Positions 19,451-28,200 of a DNA stretch of 59,940 bases are shown here, piece by piece. This DNA is from an uncultured Elusimicrobia bacterium (GTDB lineage Bacteria > Elusimicrobiota > Elusimicrobia > UBA1565 > UBA9628), in contig CAYVFO010000001.1 in NCBI GenBank assembly GCA_964450975.1, positions 1-59,940 of the forward strand, written 5' to 3'. The position numbers and the translations under genes were made by a program. A model generated the notes under the pieces. It did no database searches, had not been told where the DNA came from, and saw only the letters and a list, made by a program, of their open reading frames with translations. Within the stretch, counting starts at the first letter, position 1. The number at the start of each line of letters is the position of its first letter.

Positions 19451-20062
19451 CTAGCCGAGCTTGAGGGCCGAGAGGATGAGCTGCACGCCGATCGCGGCGA
19501 GCAGCAGGCCCATGAGGCGGGTGATGATGTTGAGGATCGTGGGCGAGAGCTTCTTGGCCCCGTCGGCGGCGATCGTCAGCACGTAGTAGGAGATCAGCGC
19601 CACGACCGCGATGCACAGGTAGAAGATCAGGCTCTGCTCGATGCCCTGCGCGCGTCCGGCGAGCACGATCGAGGTCGTGATCGCGCCCGGGCCGGCGAGC
19701 AGGGGCACCGCGAGCGGCGTGATCGCGATGTCGTCCTTGTGCATGCCCTCCTCGACCTCCTCGGGCGTCTCGCGCATGGCCGACTTCTTGGCGCGGATCA
19801 TGTCGAGCGAGGAGAGGAGAAGGACGAGGCCGCCCGCGATCTGGAACGCGGGCAAGGTGATGCCGAACACCCTGAAGATCAGGGGGCCGAGGAGCGCGAA
19901 GATCGCCATGACGCCGGCGCAGGTGATGCACGCGGTGCGCGCCATGCGGCGGCGCTGCTCCTTCGTGTCGCGCGCGGTCATCGCGAGGAACGTCGGCACC
20001 GCGGCGAACGGGTCGACGATCGCGAAGAGCGAGCCGAAGGTCAGGAGCGCGTAATTGAGCAT
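19451..20062 (-). CDS. MarC-family (UPF0056) integral membrane protein
   Basis: 203 aa. The N-terminal FAIVDPFAAVPTFLAM motif is typical of MarC/NAAT. Confidence 0.85.
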   Translation of the reverse strand: MLNYALLTFGSLFAIVDPFAAVPTFLAMTARDTKEQRRRMARTACITCAGVMAIFALLGPLIFRVFGITLPAFQIAGGLVLLLSSLDMIRAKKSAMRETPEEVEEGMHKDDIAITPLAVPLLAGPGAITTSIVLAGRAQGIEQSLIFYLCIAVVALISYYVLTIAADGAKKLSPTILNIITRLMGLLLAAIGVQLILSALKLG

Positions 20063-20074
20063 CGCGGAGAGATT

Positions 20075-21196
20075 TTAGCTTTTCCGGGCCGACGCGACCA
20101 CGGCGAGGGCCTCGCGCGCGGCCTTTTCCCACGAGAACTCGGCGGCGCGCGCCGGGCCGCGCCGGCGCAGATCGGCGGCCGTCGCGGGGTCGACGACGCG
20201 CTCGAGCGCGAGCGCGAGCTCGTCGACGCGCGAGGCGTCGCAGAGGATCGCGGCGTCGCCGGCGACCTCCGTCAGCGAACCCGCGCGCGCGGCGACGACG
20301 GGAACGGCGCAGGCCATGGCCTCGAGGAGCGGAAAGCCGAAGCCTTCGAGCAAGGACGGATACACCAAAGCGTCGGCGCGGCGGTACAGCGCGAGCAGGT
20401 CGGCGCGCGAGACCGCTCCGGCCAGGAACACGCGGCCGGCGAGGGGGATTTTCGCGGCGAGCGCCCGCACCTCGGCTGCGGCGTCGGCGTCGCGTCCGGC
20501 CAGAACGAGCTTGTGCGGCAGGGACGGCTTCTTGTCGATGAGGAGCGCGAAGGCCTGAAGGAGGTTGGGAAGGTTCTTGCGCGAGTTGAGCGCCCCGACG
20601 TGCAGGAGGAACGGGCCCTTCACCGGCGCTTCCGGGTCGCCCGCGGCGAGCGGCCGGAACTCGGCGTCGGGTCCGCCGGCGTGGACGCGGACGACCTTCT
20701 CGGGCGCCAAGCCCCACTCCTTGAGCAGCTCCGCGCGCGAGTAGTCCGAGCTCGTGATCACGCGCGCCGCGCGCTTGGCCGAGGCGGCGGGCATCTTGCC
20801 GAAGTAGAGCTCGGGCCACCAGCCCTCGGGGAGCTTTCCGCCGACGTGGTGGACGGTCATGACGCCGGGCAGGCGCGACAGCGGAGGCAGGTCGTGGCCC
20901 AAGCTGTAGTAGGCGTCGACGCCGCGGCCGAGCAAGGTCCGCTCGCGCCACAGGAGGCCCGCGTAGTGCTCGGCGGGCAAGAGCAGGCGCTGCGGCGCGA
21001 GCATCAGGAAGCGCTCGGCGTTGCGCGCCTCGGGCAGCGGCAGGGAGTTCCACTTGTCGCGCGACCACGCGGCGGCGGTGAGCAGGAACTCGTGCTCCGG
21101 GGCAGTCTCGACCAGAGCGGCCGCCAGGCGCGCGGCGTAGAAGCCGCCGCCGCTCGCGGGGTCGAACGCAGCGGACACATCCAGCGCTATGCGCAT
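20075..21196 (-). CDS. glycosyltransferase family 4
   Basis: 373 aa. PSLLEGFGFPLLEAMACAVPVVA (E-x7-E) motif. Confidence 0.85.
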   Translation of the reverse strand: MRIALDVSAAFDPASGGGFYAARLAAALVETAPEHEFLLTAAAWSRDKWNSLPLPEARNAERFLMLAPQRLLLPAEHYAGLLWRERTLLGRGVDAYYSLGHDLPPLSRLPGVMTVHHVGGKLPEGWWPELYFGKMPAASAKRAARVITSSDYSRAELLKEWGLAPEKVVRVHAGGPDAEFRPLAAGDPEAPVKGPFLLHVGALNSRKNLPNLLQAFALLIDKKPSLPHKLVLAGRDADAAAEVRALAAKIPLAGRVFLAGAVSRADLLALYRRADALVYPSLLEGFGFPLLEAMACAVPVVAARAGSLTEVAGDAAILCDASRVDELALALERVVDPATAADLRRRGPARAAEFSWEKAAREALAVVASARKS

Positions 21197-21202
21197 CGCG
21201 GC

Positions 21203-21208
21203 ATTCTA
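21203..21208 (-). promoter_or_regulatory. -10 box TAGAAT 6 nt upstream of the GT4 ATG (leaderless candidate)
   Basis: The minus strand reads TTTTAGATAGAATGCCGCGATG. Confidence 0.4.
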
Positions 21209-21221
21209 TCTAAAATTTCAG

Positions 21222-21227
21222 TACAAT
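21222..21227 (+). promoter_or_regulatory. -10 box TACAAT 7 nt upstream of the ATG at 21235 (leaderless candidate)
   Basis: The plus strand reads CAGTACAATCCGGGAAATG. There is no Shine-Dalgarno sequence. Confidence 0.45.
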
Positions 21228-21234
21228 CCGGGAA

Positions 21235-22419
21235 ATGGCCCAACGCGAAATCGGCGTCGGGGGCTTCGCGGCGTCGCCGCGCGCCCGCCGCTACGTCAAC
21301 GAGGTCCTGAAGTCCGGCCGGCTCTCGTACGGGCCCTTCCATCGCCGCTTCGAGGCCGCGTTCGCGCGCGAGCACGACAGCAAGCACGCGCTGTTCATGA
21401 ACTCCGGCACGAGCGCCCTGCAGATCGCTCTTCAGGCGCTCAAAGAAAGGCATCGTTGGAGCGACGGCGACGAGGTCATCGTCCCCTCGGTCACCTTCAT
21501 CGCGACGTCGAACATCGTGCTCCACAACCGGATGAAGCCCGTGTTCGTCGACGTCGATCCGCTCACGTACACGCTCGACCCGCGCCGCCTCGAGGCCGCG
21601 ATCACGAAGAAGACGCGCGCCGTGATCCCCGTCCACCTGCTCGGCCTGCCCGCCGACATGAACGCGATCGGCAAGATCGCGCGCCGCCGCGGCCTCAAGG
21701 TCATCGAGGACTCCGCCGAGACGATGTTCGCGCGCTATGAGGGCCGCAAGGTCGGCTCGCTCGGCGACATCGGCTGCTTCTCGACGTACGTCGCGCACTA
21801 CATCGTCACCGGCGTCGGCGGCCTCGCGACGACGAGCGATCCCGCGCTCGCGATCCGCATGCGCAGCCTGATGAACCACGGCCGCGACTCGATCTACCTC
21901 AACATCGACGACGACAAGAACGCCAAGGGCAAGAAGCTCCACGAGATCGCGGCGAAGCGCTTCAAGTTCGTCTCCGTCGGCCACAGCTACCGCGCCACCG
22001 AGCTCGAGGCCGCGCTGGGACTGGCCCAGCTCGAGGAGAAGGACGGCATCGTCCGCGCGCGCGTCGCCCTGGCCGAGCGCCTGACCGCCGGCCTCCGCGA
22101 GTTCGGCGACCGCCTGCAGCTGCCGTGGTGCCCGCCCGGCCGCGAGCACACCTACATGCTCTACGGCGTCGTGCTCAAGGGCGAGGACAAGACGCCGCTC
22201 GTCAACTTCCTCGAGGACCGGGGCGTCGAGACGCGCGACCTGCTGCCGCTGCTCAATCAGCCCGTGTACAAGGAGCTCTTCGGCGATCTCGAGCGGAAGT
22301 TTCCGATCGCGCGCGAGCTCAACCGCTCGGCGTTCTACATCGGCTGCCACCAGTACATGACGAACGCCGACGCGGACTACGTCGTGGAGCAGTTCCGCGC
22401 CTACTTCAAGAAGCGCTGA
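21235..22419 (+). CDS. DegT/ColD-family PLP/PMP-dependent sugar-modifying enzyme; His at the Schiff-base Lys position (3-dehydratase-like)
   Basis: 394 aa. The active-site block CFSTYVAHYIVTGVGG has His188 (CAC at 21796-21798) where aminotransferases carry Lys. FKFVSVGHSYRATELEAALGLAQL resembles the ColD block FKFVLPGYNVRPLEMSGAIGIEQL (ColD sequence recalled from memory). Confidence 0.7.
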   Translation: MAQREIGVGGFAASPRARRYVNEVLKSGRLSYGPFHRRFEAAFAREHDSKHALFMNSGTSALQIALQALKERHRWSDGDEVIVPSVTFIATSNIVLHNRMKPVFVDVDPLTYTLDPRRLEAAITKKTRAVIPVHLLGLPADMNAIGKIARRRGLKVIEDSAETMFARYEGRKVGSLGDIGCFSTYVAHYIVTGVGGLATTSDPALAIRMRSLMNHGRDSIYLNIDDDKNAKGKKLHEIAAKRFKFVSVGHSYRATELEAALGLAQLEEKDGIVRARVALAERLTAGLREFGDRLQLPWCPPGREHTYMLYGVVLKGEDKTPLVNFLEDRGVETRDLLPLLNQPVYKELFGDLERKFPIARELNRSAFYIGCHQYMTNADADYVVEQFRAYFKKR

Positions 22420-23378
22420 TGGCTCCGAAGGCCTCCGTCGTCGTCGACAATCACAACTACGGCCGCTTCCTCCCGGAGGCGCTCGACTCGATCCTCGCGC
22501 AGGGCTTCCCGAAGGACGAGCTCGAGATCATCGTCTCCGACGACGGCTCGACCGACGACTCGCGCGAGATCCTCCGCGAGTACGCCGAGAAGGGCGTGAC
22601 CGCCCTTCTTCAGGAGCGCCAGGGCCAGGCGACGGCGTTCAACAAGGGGCTCGCCGCGGCGAAGGGGGAGTTCGTGCTCCTCCTCGACAGCGACGACGTG
22701 TTCCTGCCCGGCAAGCTCGCGGCCGTCCTCGAGGCCTTCGCGGACCCGAAGGTCGCGTGCGTCCAGCATTTCCTGCACGACAGCGACTCGCATCTGCATC
22801 CGCTGCCGCGCCGCTTTCCCGCGTGGCCCGCGCGCTATACGCTCGACGACTACCTCGCGGGCCGCGCGGAGTTCACCGCGACGTCCGGGCTCGCGTTCCG
22901 CCGCTCCGTGCTCGCGAAGCTGCTGCCGATCCCGAAGGACCTCTTCTACTATCTCGACGATTTCCTGACCGCGCACTCGCTGTTCTTCGGCGAGATCGCC
23001 AACGTTCCCGCCGTCTACGGCCTGCACCGCGTGCACGGCGGCAACTGGTGCGCGGGCGGTCTCGAGAACCCGGCTAAGATCGAGCGCGACTTCGTCGACC
23101 GCGAGACGTACGGCGCATGCCGCGACCGCTGGCTCGCCGAGGCGGGCGTCTCGCGCTCGCCGGAGGCCGTCGAGGCCGACCGTCTCGACGTCTGGCGCCG
23201 CAAGGTGCTGCTCGCCTCGCTGCGCGCGAGACCCCTCGAAGCCGCGGCGCTCTGGCGCGAGGGGCTCAAGGATCTTCCGCGCACGCGGCAGGCCAGGTTC
23301 CGCGCCGCGACGACGGCGATCGCGGTCGCCTCGCCGAGCCTCTATCTCGCCCTCTACGAGGCCTACTCAGCCCCATGA
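22419..23378 (+). CDS. glycosyltransferase family 2
   Basis: 319 aa. VVVDNHNYGRFLPEALDSIL...VSDDGSTDDS...LDSDD (DxD) motifs. Its ATG overlaps the upstream TGA by 1 nt. Confidence 0.8.
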   Translation: MAPKASVVVDNHNYGRFLPEALDSILAQGFPKDELEIIVSDDGSTDDSREILREYAEKGVTALLQERQGQATAFNKGLAAAKGEFVLLLDSDDVFLPGKLAAVLEAFADPKVACVQHFLHDSDSHLHPLPRRFPAWPARYTLDDYLAGRAEFTATSGLAFRRSVLAKLLPIPKDLFYYLDDFLTAHSLFFGEIANVPAVYGLHRVHGGNWCAGGLENPAKIERDFVDRETYGACRDRWLAEAGVSRSPEAVEADRLDVWRRKVLLASLRARPLEAAALWREGLKDLPRTRQARFRAATTAIAVASPSLYLALYEAYSAP

Positions 23379-24076
23379 GCGCCCCCGATCTCTCCATCGT
23401 GATCCCGGCCCTCAACGAGGAGGGCTCGCTGCGCCAGGTGCTGCCGCGCCTCAAGAAGGCGTTCGCGGCGCTCGGCGTGACCGGCGAAATTCTCGTCGTC
23501 AACGGCAAGTCCACCGACAAGACCGTCGAGGTGGCCGAGGCCGAGGGCGCGCGCGTGCTCGCGCAGCAAGGCCGCGGCTTCGGCGCCGCCCTGCGCGAGG
23601 GACTTCTCGCCGCCTCCGCGCCGTGGACGTGCGTCGTCGACGCCGACGGCTCGCACCCGCCCGAGGACTTGGCGCGCCTCTGGGCCGCGAAGGAGACGGC
23701 CGACCTCGTCATCGCCTCGCGCTACGTCTCCGGCGGCTCGGCGGTCATGGACCTCCAGCGTCAGATTCTTTCGAGATCTTTGAACATCGTCTCGAAGCTC
23801 GTGCTCTCTTTGCCCGTCTACGACAGCTCGGGCGGCTTCCGGCTCTACCGGTCTGACCTGGCCAAGAAAGCAGCTGCTTATTCCGACGCGCCGAACTTCA
23901 CGGTCCAGCAGGAGCTGCTCGTCGGCGTGCTGCGGCAGGGCGGCCGCGTCGTCGAGATCCCGTTCCGCTACGAGCCGCGCATCGACGGCGTCTCGAAGGC
24001 CTCGGCGACGGCGTTGGCGCCCGCGTACCTGCGGATGCTCGCCAAGCTCCGGGCCGACAGGCGGCGGCCCGTTTGA
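23375..24076 (+). CDS. polyprenol-phosphate sugar synthase (Dpm1/Ppm1-like GT2)
   Basis: 233 aa and soluble. IVIPALNEEGSL...VDADGSHPPED...SGGFRLYR are hallmark Dpm1-like blocks. ATGA overlap. Confidence 0.75.
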   Translation: MSAPDLSIVIPALNEEGSLRQVLPRLKKAFAALGVTGEILVVNGKSTDKTVEVAEAEGARVLAQQGRGFGAALREGLLAASAPWTCVVDADGSHPPEDLARLWAAKETADLVIASRYVSGGSAVMDLQRQILSRSLNIVSKLVLSLPVYDSSGGFRLYRSDLAKKAAAYSDAPNFTVQQELLVGVLRQGGRVVEIPFRYEPRIDGVSKASATALAPAYLRMLAKLRADRRRPV

Positions 24077-24083
24077 TACGATC

Positions 24084-25247
24084 ATGGCGATGAGCGAGAA
24101 GCTGTCCATCGTCGTGCCGGCCTACAACGAGGAGGACGCCGTCGACGGCATCCTCAAGGCCTGCCTCGACGCCCGCGAGCCCCTCAAGAAGGCCCTGGGG
24201 CTCTCCGACGTCGAGGTGGTCCTCGTCGACGACGGAAGCAAGGACGCGACGCGCGCCAAGGCCGCCAAGTGGCAGGGCGTCAAGCTCGTCGTCCACGAGA
24301 AGAACAAAGGCTACGGCGCGGCGCTCATGACGGGCTTCCGCGCGGCCTCGGGCGACCTGCTCTCCTTCCTCGACGCCGACGGCACGTGCGATCCCTTGGC
24401 GTTCGAAGGCCTGATCAAGGCGATGCGCGAGAAGAAAGGCGACATGGCCGTCGGCATGCGCCTGCACGCGGGCTCGGAGATGCCCGCGGTCCGGCGCCTC
24501 GGCAACCGCATCTACGCGATCCTGCTGCGCAGCCTGACCGGCGCCGACGTCAACGACACCGCCTCCGGCATGCGCGTCTTCAAGCGCTCGATGCTTCCGC
24601 GCTTGGCGCCCTTGCCGACGGGCCTGCACTTCACGCCCGCGATGACCGCGCGCGCGGCGTGCATGGGCGCTCTGATCGTCGAGTCCCCGATCCCCTACGC
24701 CGACCGCGTCGGCGAGTCGAAGCTCTCCGTGATCGGCGACGGCGTCCGATTCTTGCGCGTGATCCTCGGCACGGTGTTCGCCTACTTCCCCATGCGCGTG
24801 TTCGGCCCGCTCGCCGGCGCGTGCGCCGCGGGCGCGCTCGGCTGGGGCCTCATGCCGATCCGCTACTGGCTGACGCACGGCCACCTCGAGGAGTGGATGA
24901 TCTACCGCCTCCTCACGGTGCTGACGCTGACCGCGTGCGCGACCGTCTTCGCCGCGTTCGGCCTCGTCGCCCAGAAGGCGTCGAACGCCGCGCTGCGCCG
25001 CCCCGCCGCGCGCGTCGACGCTCCGAAGGTCCGCGAGGGCGCGGGCGCGGCCGGCGTCCTGCTCTGGCTCGTCGGCGCGGGCATCAACTGGCCGACGCTC
25101 GTCGAGTACGCGCGCACGGGTCACATCACGCGCCACTGGGTCTGGGTGCTCACGGGCGCGCTCGCGATCATCACGGGCGCCGTGCTCGTCTCGGTCGGCA
25201 TCGCGCTCGGCGCCCTCGCCCATCTGCCCAGCGGGGAGGACGAGTGA
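24084..25247 (+). CDS. GT2 glycosyltransferase with C-terminal TM helices (GtrB/CsbB-like polyprenyl-phosphate glycosyltransferase)
   Basis: 387 aa. IVVPAYNEEDAV...VDDGSKDAT...LDADGTCDP, followed by about 4 C-terminal TM segments. Confidence 0.75.
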   Translation: MAMSEKLSIVVPAYNEEDAVDGILKACLDAREPLKKALGLSDVEVVLVDDGSKDATRAKAAKWQGVKLVVHEKNKGYGAALMTGFRAASGDLLSFLDADGTCDPLAFEGLIKAMREKKGDMAVGMRLHAGSEMPAVRRLGNRIYAILLRSLTGADVNDTASGMRVFKRSMLPRLAPLPTGLHFTPAMTARAACMGALIVESPIPYADRVGESKLSVIGDGVRFLRVILGTVFAYFPMRVFGPLAGACAAGALGWGLMPIRYWLTHGHLEEWMIYRLLTVLTLTACATVFAAFGLVAQKASNAALRRPAARVDAPKVREGAGAAGVLLWLVGAGINWPTLVEYARTGHITRHWVWVLTGALAIITGAVLVSVGIALGALAHLPSGEDE

Positions 25248-26248
25248 GCTTCTGGGACGGCAAGAAGGTCCTCGTCACCGGCGGCGCCGGCTTCATCGGC
25301 TCGCATCTCGTCGAGCAGCTGCTCGCGCGCGGCAAGGGCGTCAAGGTGACCGTCGCCGACCGCATGACGCCCGAGCACAAGGACAACCTCGGCGCGGTGG
25401 TCAAGCAGATCAAGATCCTCACGGCCGACCTGCGGAATCCCGAGGCCTGCCGCGCGGCGTGCCGCGGCCAGGACGTCGTCCTCAATCTCGCGGCCGCCGT
25501 CGCCGGCGTCGGCTACAACATGACGCACAACGGCACGATGTTCCGCGAGAACATGCAGCTCGCGCTCAACATGATCGAGGCCGGGCGCCTCGAGGGCGTC
25601 GAGCGCTTCCTCGTCGTGAGCTCGGCCTGCGTCTATCCCGCCGAGTGCACGATCCCGACGCCCGAGACCGAGGGCTTCAAAGGCGAGCCCGAGGCGACGA
25701 ACCGCGGCTACGGCTGGGCCAAGCGCATGGCCGAGGTGCTCGGCCAGTCCTACGCCGCCGAGTTCGGCATGAAGATCGCGATCGCGCGCCCCTACAACGC
25801 TTACGGCCCGCGCGACCACTTCGACCCCGAGAAGTCGCACGTGATCGCCGCGCTCGTCCGGCGCGTCTGCTCGGGCGAGGACCCCGTCCTCGTCTGGGGC
25901 GACGGCAAGGCGACGCGCGCGTTCCTCTACGTCGAGGACTTCGCGCGCGGCCTGCTCGAGGTCGCCGAGAAGTATCCGAAGGCCGATCCGGTCAACATCG
26001 GCTCCTCCGAGGAGGTCTCGATCCGCGAGCTCGCCGAGAAGGTCGTCGAGGCGGCCGGGTCCAAGGCCAAGCTCGTCTTCGATCCGACGAAGCCCTCGGG
26101 CCAGCCGCGCCGCGCCTGCGACACCTCCAAGGCCGAGACCTTGCTCAAGTTCCGCGCGCTCGTCGGGCTCGAGGAGGGCCTGCAGCGCACCGTGGCCTGG
26201 TACCGGCAGCACGCGCTCGTCAAGAAGGCCCGCAAGGGGAAGAAGTGA
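25244..26248 (+). CDS. NAD(P)-dependent epimerase/reductase, GDP-L-fucose synthase / ColC-like extended SDR
   Basis: 334 aa. VTGGAGFIGSHL Rossmann motif. The SSACVYP...YGWAKR...PYNAYGPRDHFDPEKSHVIAAL blocks parallel Fcl (SSCIYP...YAIAK...NLYGPHDNF..SHVIPAL). GTGA overlap. Confidence 0.75.
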   Translation: MSFWDGKKVLVTGGAGFIGSHLVEQLLARGKGVKVTVADRMTPEHKDNLGAVVKQIKILTADLRNPEACRAACRGQDVVLNLAAAVAGVGYNMTHNGTMFRENMQLALNMIEAGRLEGVERFLVVSSACVYPAECTIPTPETEGFKGEPEATNRGYGWAKRMAEVLGQSYAAEFGMKIAIARPYNAYGPRDHFDPEKSHVIAALVRRVCSGEDPVLVWGDGKATRAFLYVEDFARGLLEVAEKYPKADPVNIGSSEEVSIRELAEKVVEAAGSKAKLVFDPTKPSGQPRRACDTSKAETLLKFRALVGLEEGLQRTVAWYRQHALVKKARKGKK

Positions 26249-26949
26249 GCCGCGGAAAGCGCCTGCTCGTCCTCCTCACGTTCAACGAGGCCGAGGCCCT
26301 TCCGAAGATCTTCGACCGAATCCCGCTCTCCGCGGCCGACGAGACCGTCGCCGTCGACGGGGGCTCCAAGGACGGCACCGTCGAGTTCCTCAAGTCGAAG
26401 GGGATCAAGGTCATCGGCCAGCCCCGGCGCGGCCGCGGCGTCGCGTTCCGCGTCGCGCTCGAGCAGACCGACGCCGAGACGATCTGCTACTACAGCCCCG
26501 ACGGCAACGAGGACCCGAACGACATCCCGAAGATCTTCGAGAAGCTCGAGAGCGGCGCGTACGACCTCGTCGTCGCCTCGCGCATGATGGAGGGCGCCTA
26601 CAACGAGGAGGACGTGACCTTGTGGCGCCCGCGCAAGTGGGTGAACAAGCTCTTCACTTTGGCCGCGAACCTGATCTGGAACCGCGGACCGTACGTGACC
26701 GACACGATCAACGGCTTCCGCTGCGTCCGCGCCGAGTCGATGCGCCGCCTCATGCTCGACGCCGACGGCTTCCCGATCGAGTACCAGATGTCGATGCGCA
26801 TGATGAAGCTCGGCCTGCGCATCGGCGAGATCCCGACGCACGAGTACCCGCGCCTGGGCGGCGTCTCGACCGCGGAGTCCTGGCCGACGGGCGTCGTCTT
26901 CGTGAAGACCTTGCTGCGCGAGCTGTCGATGGGCCGCCGCGTCTCGTGA
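26245..26949 (+). CDS. glycosyltransferase family 2 (small, Dpm1-like fold)
   Basis: 234 aa. LLTFNEAEAL...VDGGSKDGT...SPDGNEDP...INGFRCV. GTGA overlap. Confidence 0.7.
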   Translation: MSRGKRLLVLLTFNEAEALPKIFDRIPLSAADETVAVDGGSKDGTVEFLKSKGIKVIGQPRRGRGVAFRVALEQTDAETICYYSPDGNEDPNDIPKIFEKLESGAYDLVVASRMMEGAYNEEDVTLWRPRKWVNKLFTLAANLIWNRGPYVTDTINGFRCVRAESMRRLMLDADGFPIEYQMSMRMMKLGLRIGEIPTHEYPRLGGVSTAESWPTGVVFVKTLLRELSMGRRVS

Positions 26950-28184
26950 GCTTCCTCAAAAAGAACGCCGTTCCGCTCCTCCTCGGCCTCGCCCTCGTCC
27001 TGCGCCTCGCTTGGGCGTGGCAGGGCCACCGCGAGGGGAAGATCCACACGGGCTCCGACGGCTACGAGCCGATCGCGCTGTCATTGCTCGAGCGCGGCGA
27101 GTACGCCGAGGAGAAGGGCAAGCCCACGGCGATCCGCGAGCCCGTCTACCCGCTCGTGATCGCGGCGCTCTACTATCCGTCCGGCCGCCGCCCGTGGCTC
27201 GTCCTGGTCCTGCACGCGCTCCTCGGGACGGCGACGTGCCTGCTCGCCTGGCGGCTCGGGACGCGGCTCTTCGGCGCGCGCGCGGGGCTCTGGGCGCTCG
27301 CCGTCTGCGCGGTCCATCCGCAGCTCGTCTACTACACCGCCTATTTCTTCCGCGACACTTTGCTCGCCTGGCTGTTCATGCTGCTCGCGGTCGCGTCGAT
27401 GGACTGGTCGTCGTCGCCGAACCACACCGACGGCGATTATTCCGCGATCATCGGAGGCTGCGCGGGCGCCGCGCTCGGGCTGGCGAACTCGGCGCACCTG
27501 CCCCTCGTCGGGCTCGCGGGCTTGGCGCTCTGGGCCGTCGCGCCGACGAAAGCCGCCGCCCGCCGGACGGCGTTCTTCTTCCTGCCGGTCCTGCTCGCGT
27601 TCGGCCTGTGGTCGTGGCGCAACTACCGCGTTTTCAAGGCGTTCGTCCCCGGCTCGACGCACGGCGGTCCCGAGTTCTACCAGGCGCTCGTCGTCCCGCC
27701 CGCCGACCTCGGCACCGAGCGGCAGACCGAGATCCTCGCGAAGGACGCGACGTTCCAGGCCGCGGCCAAGCTCGGCGAGTACGGGCAGAGCAAAGTCCTG
27801 ACGAAGGCCGGCTTCGACTGGATCGTCGCCCATCCCGGAACCTACGCGGGCCGCGCTCTCGCGGGCTTCGTCAAGTTCTGGCGCCCGTGGCCCTACGCGC
27901 GCGCCTACACGCATTCCTACAAAGCGCTGCTCGCCGCGAGCCTCGCCTCAGACGCCTGGATCGTCCCGCTCGGCCTTCTCGGCCTCTGGCTGTTCCGCGG
28001 CCGCTGGCGCGAGGCCTCCGCGGTCTGGGTCGGCGCCTTCGCGCTGACGGCCGTCTACGGCGCGGTCCACGCCGTCATCCGCTACCGCCTCCCTCTGATG
28101 CCGGCCATGATCGTCTTCGCCGTCGCCGCGATCCTCCGCCTCCGGGGCAACGATCCCGAAACAAGGCCCGGCTACACTCAATAA
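26946..28184 (+). CDS. PMT/ArnT-like GT-C membrane glycosyltransferase (GT39/GT83-like)
   Basis: 412 aa with about 9-11 TM helices. The N-terminal loop SDGYEPIALSLLERGEY...REPVYPLVIA is typical of the PMT_2 family. GTGA overlap. Confidence 0.65.
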   Translation: MSFLKKNAVPLLLGLALVLRLAWAWQGHREGKIHTGSDGYEPIALSLLERGEYAEEKGKPTAIREPVYPLVIAALYYPSGRRPWLVLVLHALLGTATCLLAWRLGTRLFGARAGLWALAVCAVHPQLVYYTAYFFRDTLLAWLFMLLAVASMDWSSSPNHTDGDYSAIIGGCAGAALGLANSAHLPLVGLAGLALWAVAPTKAAARRTAFFFLPVLLAFGLWSWRNYRVFKAFVPGSTHGGPEFYQALVVPPADLGTERQTEILAKDATFQAAAKLGEYGQSKVLTKAGFDWIVAHPGTYAGRALAGFVKFWRPWPYARAYTHSYKALLAASLASDAWIVPLGLLGLWLFRGRWREASAVWVGAFALTAVYGAVHAVIRYRLPLMPAMIVFAVAAILRLRGNDPETRPGYTQ

Positions 28185-28200
28185 GCTAACATGACACCCC

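Noticed and set aside
18958-19464. ORFs crossing the repeat element (168 aa on the plus strand, 114 aa on the minus strand at 19063-19407). They contain peptides such as HEDGEGRRRRIRTKRKK, which recur at copy 2.
   Set aside because: The peptide recurrence only reflects DNA identity between the two element copies. The sequence is a low-complexity, palindromic hairpin with no start context, so it is not coding.
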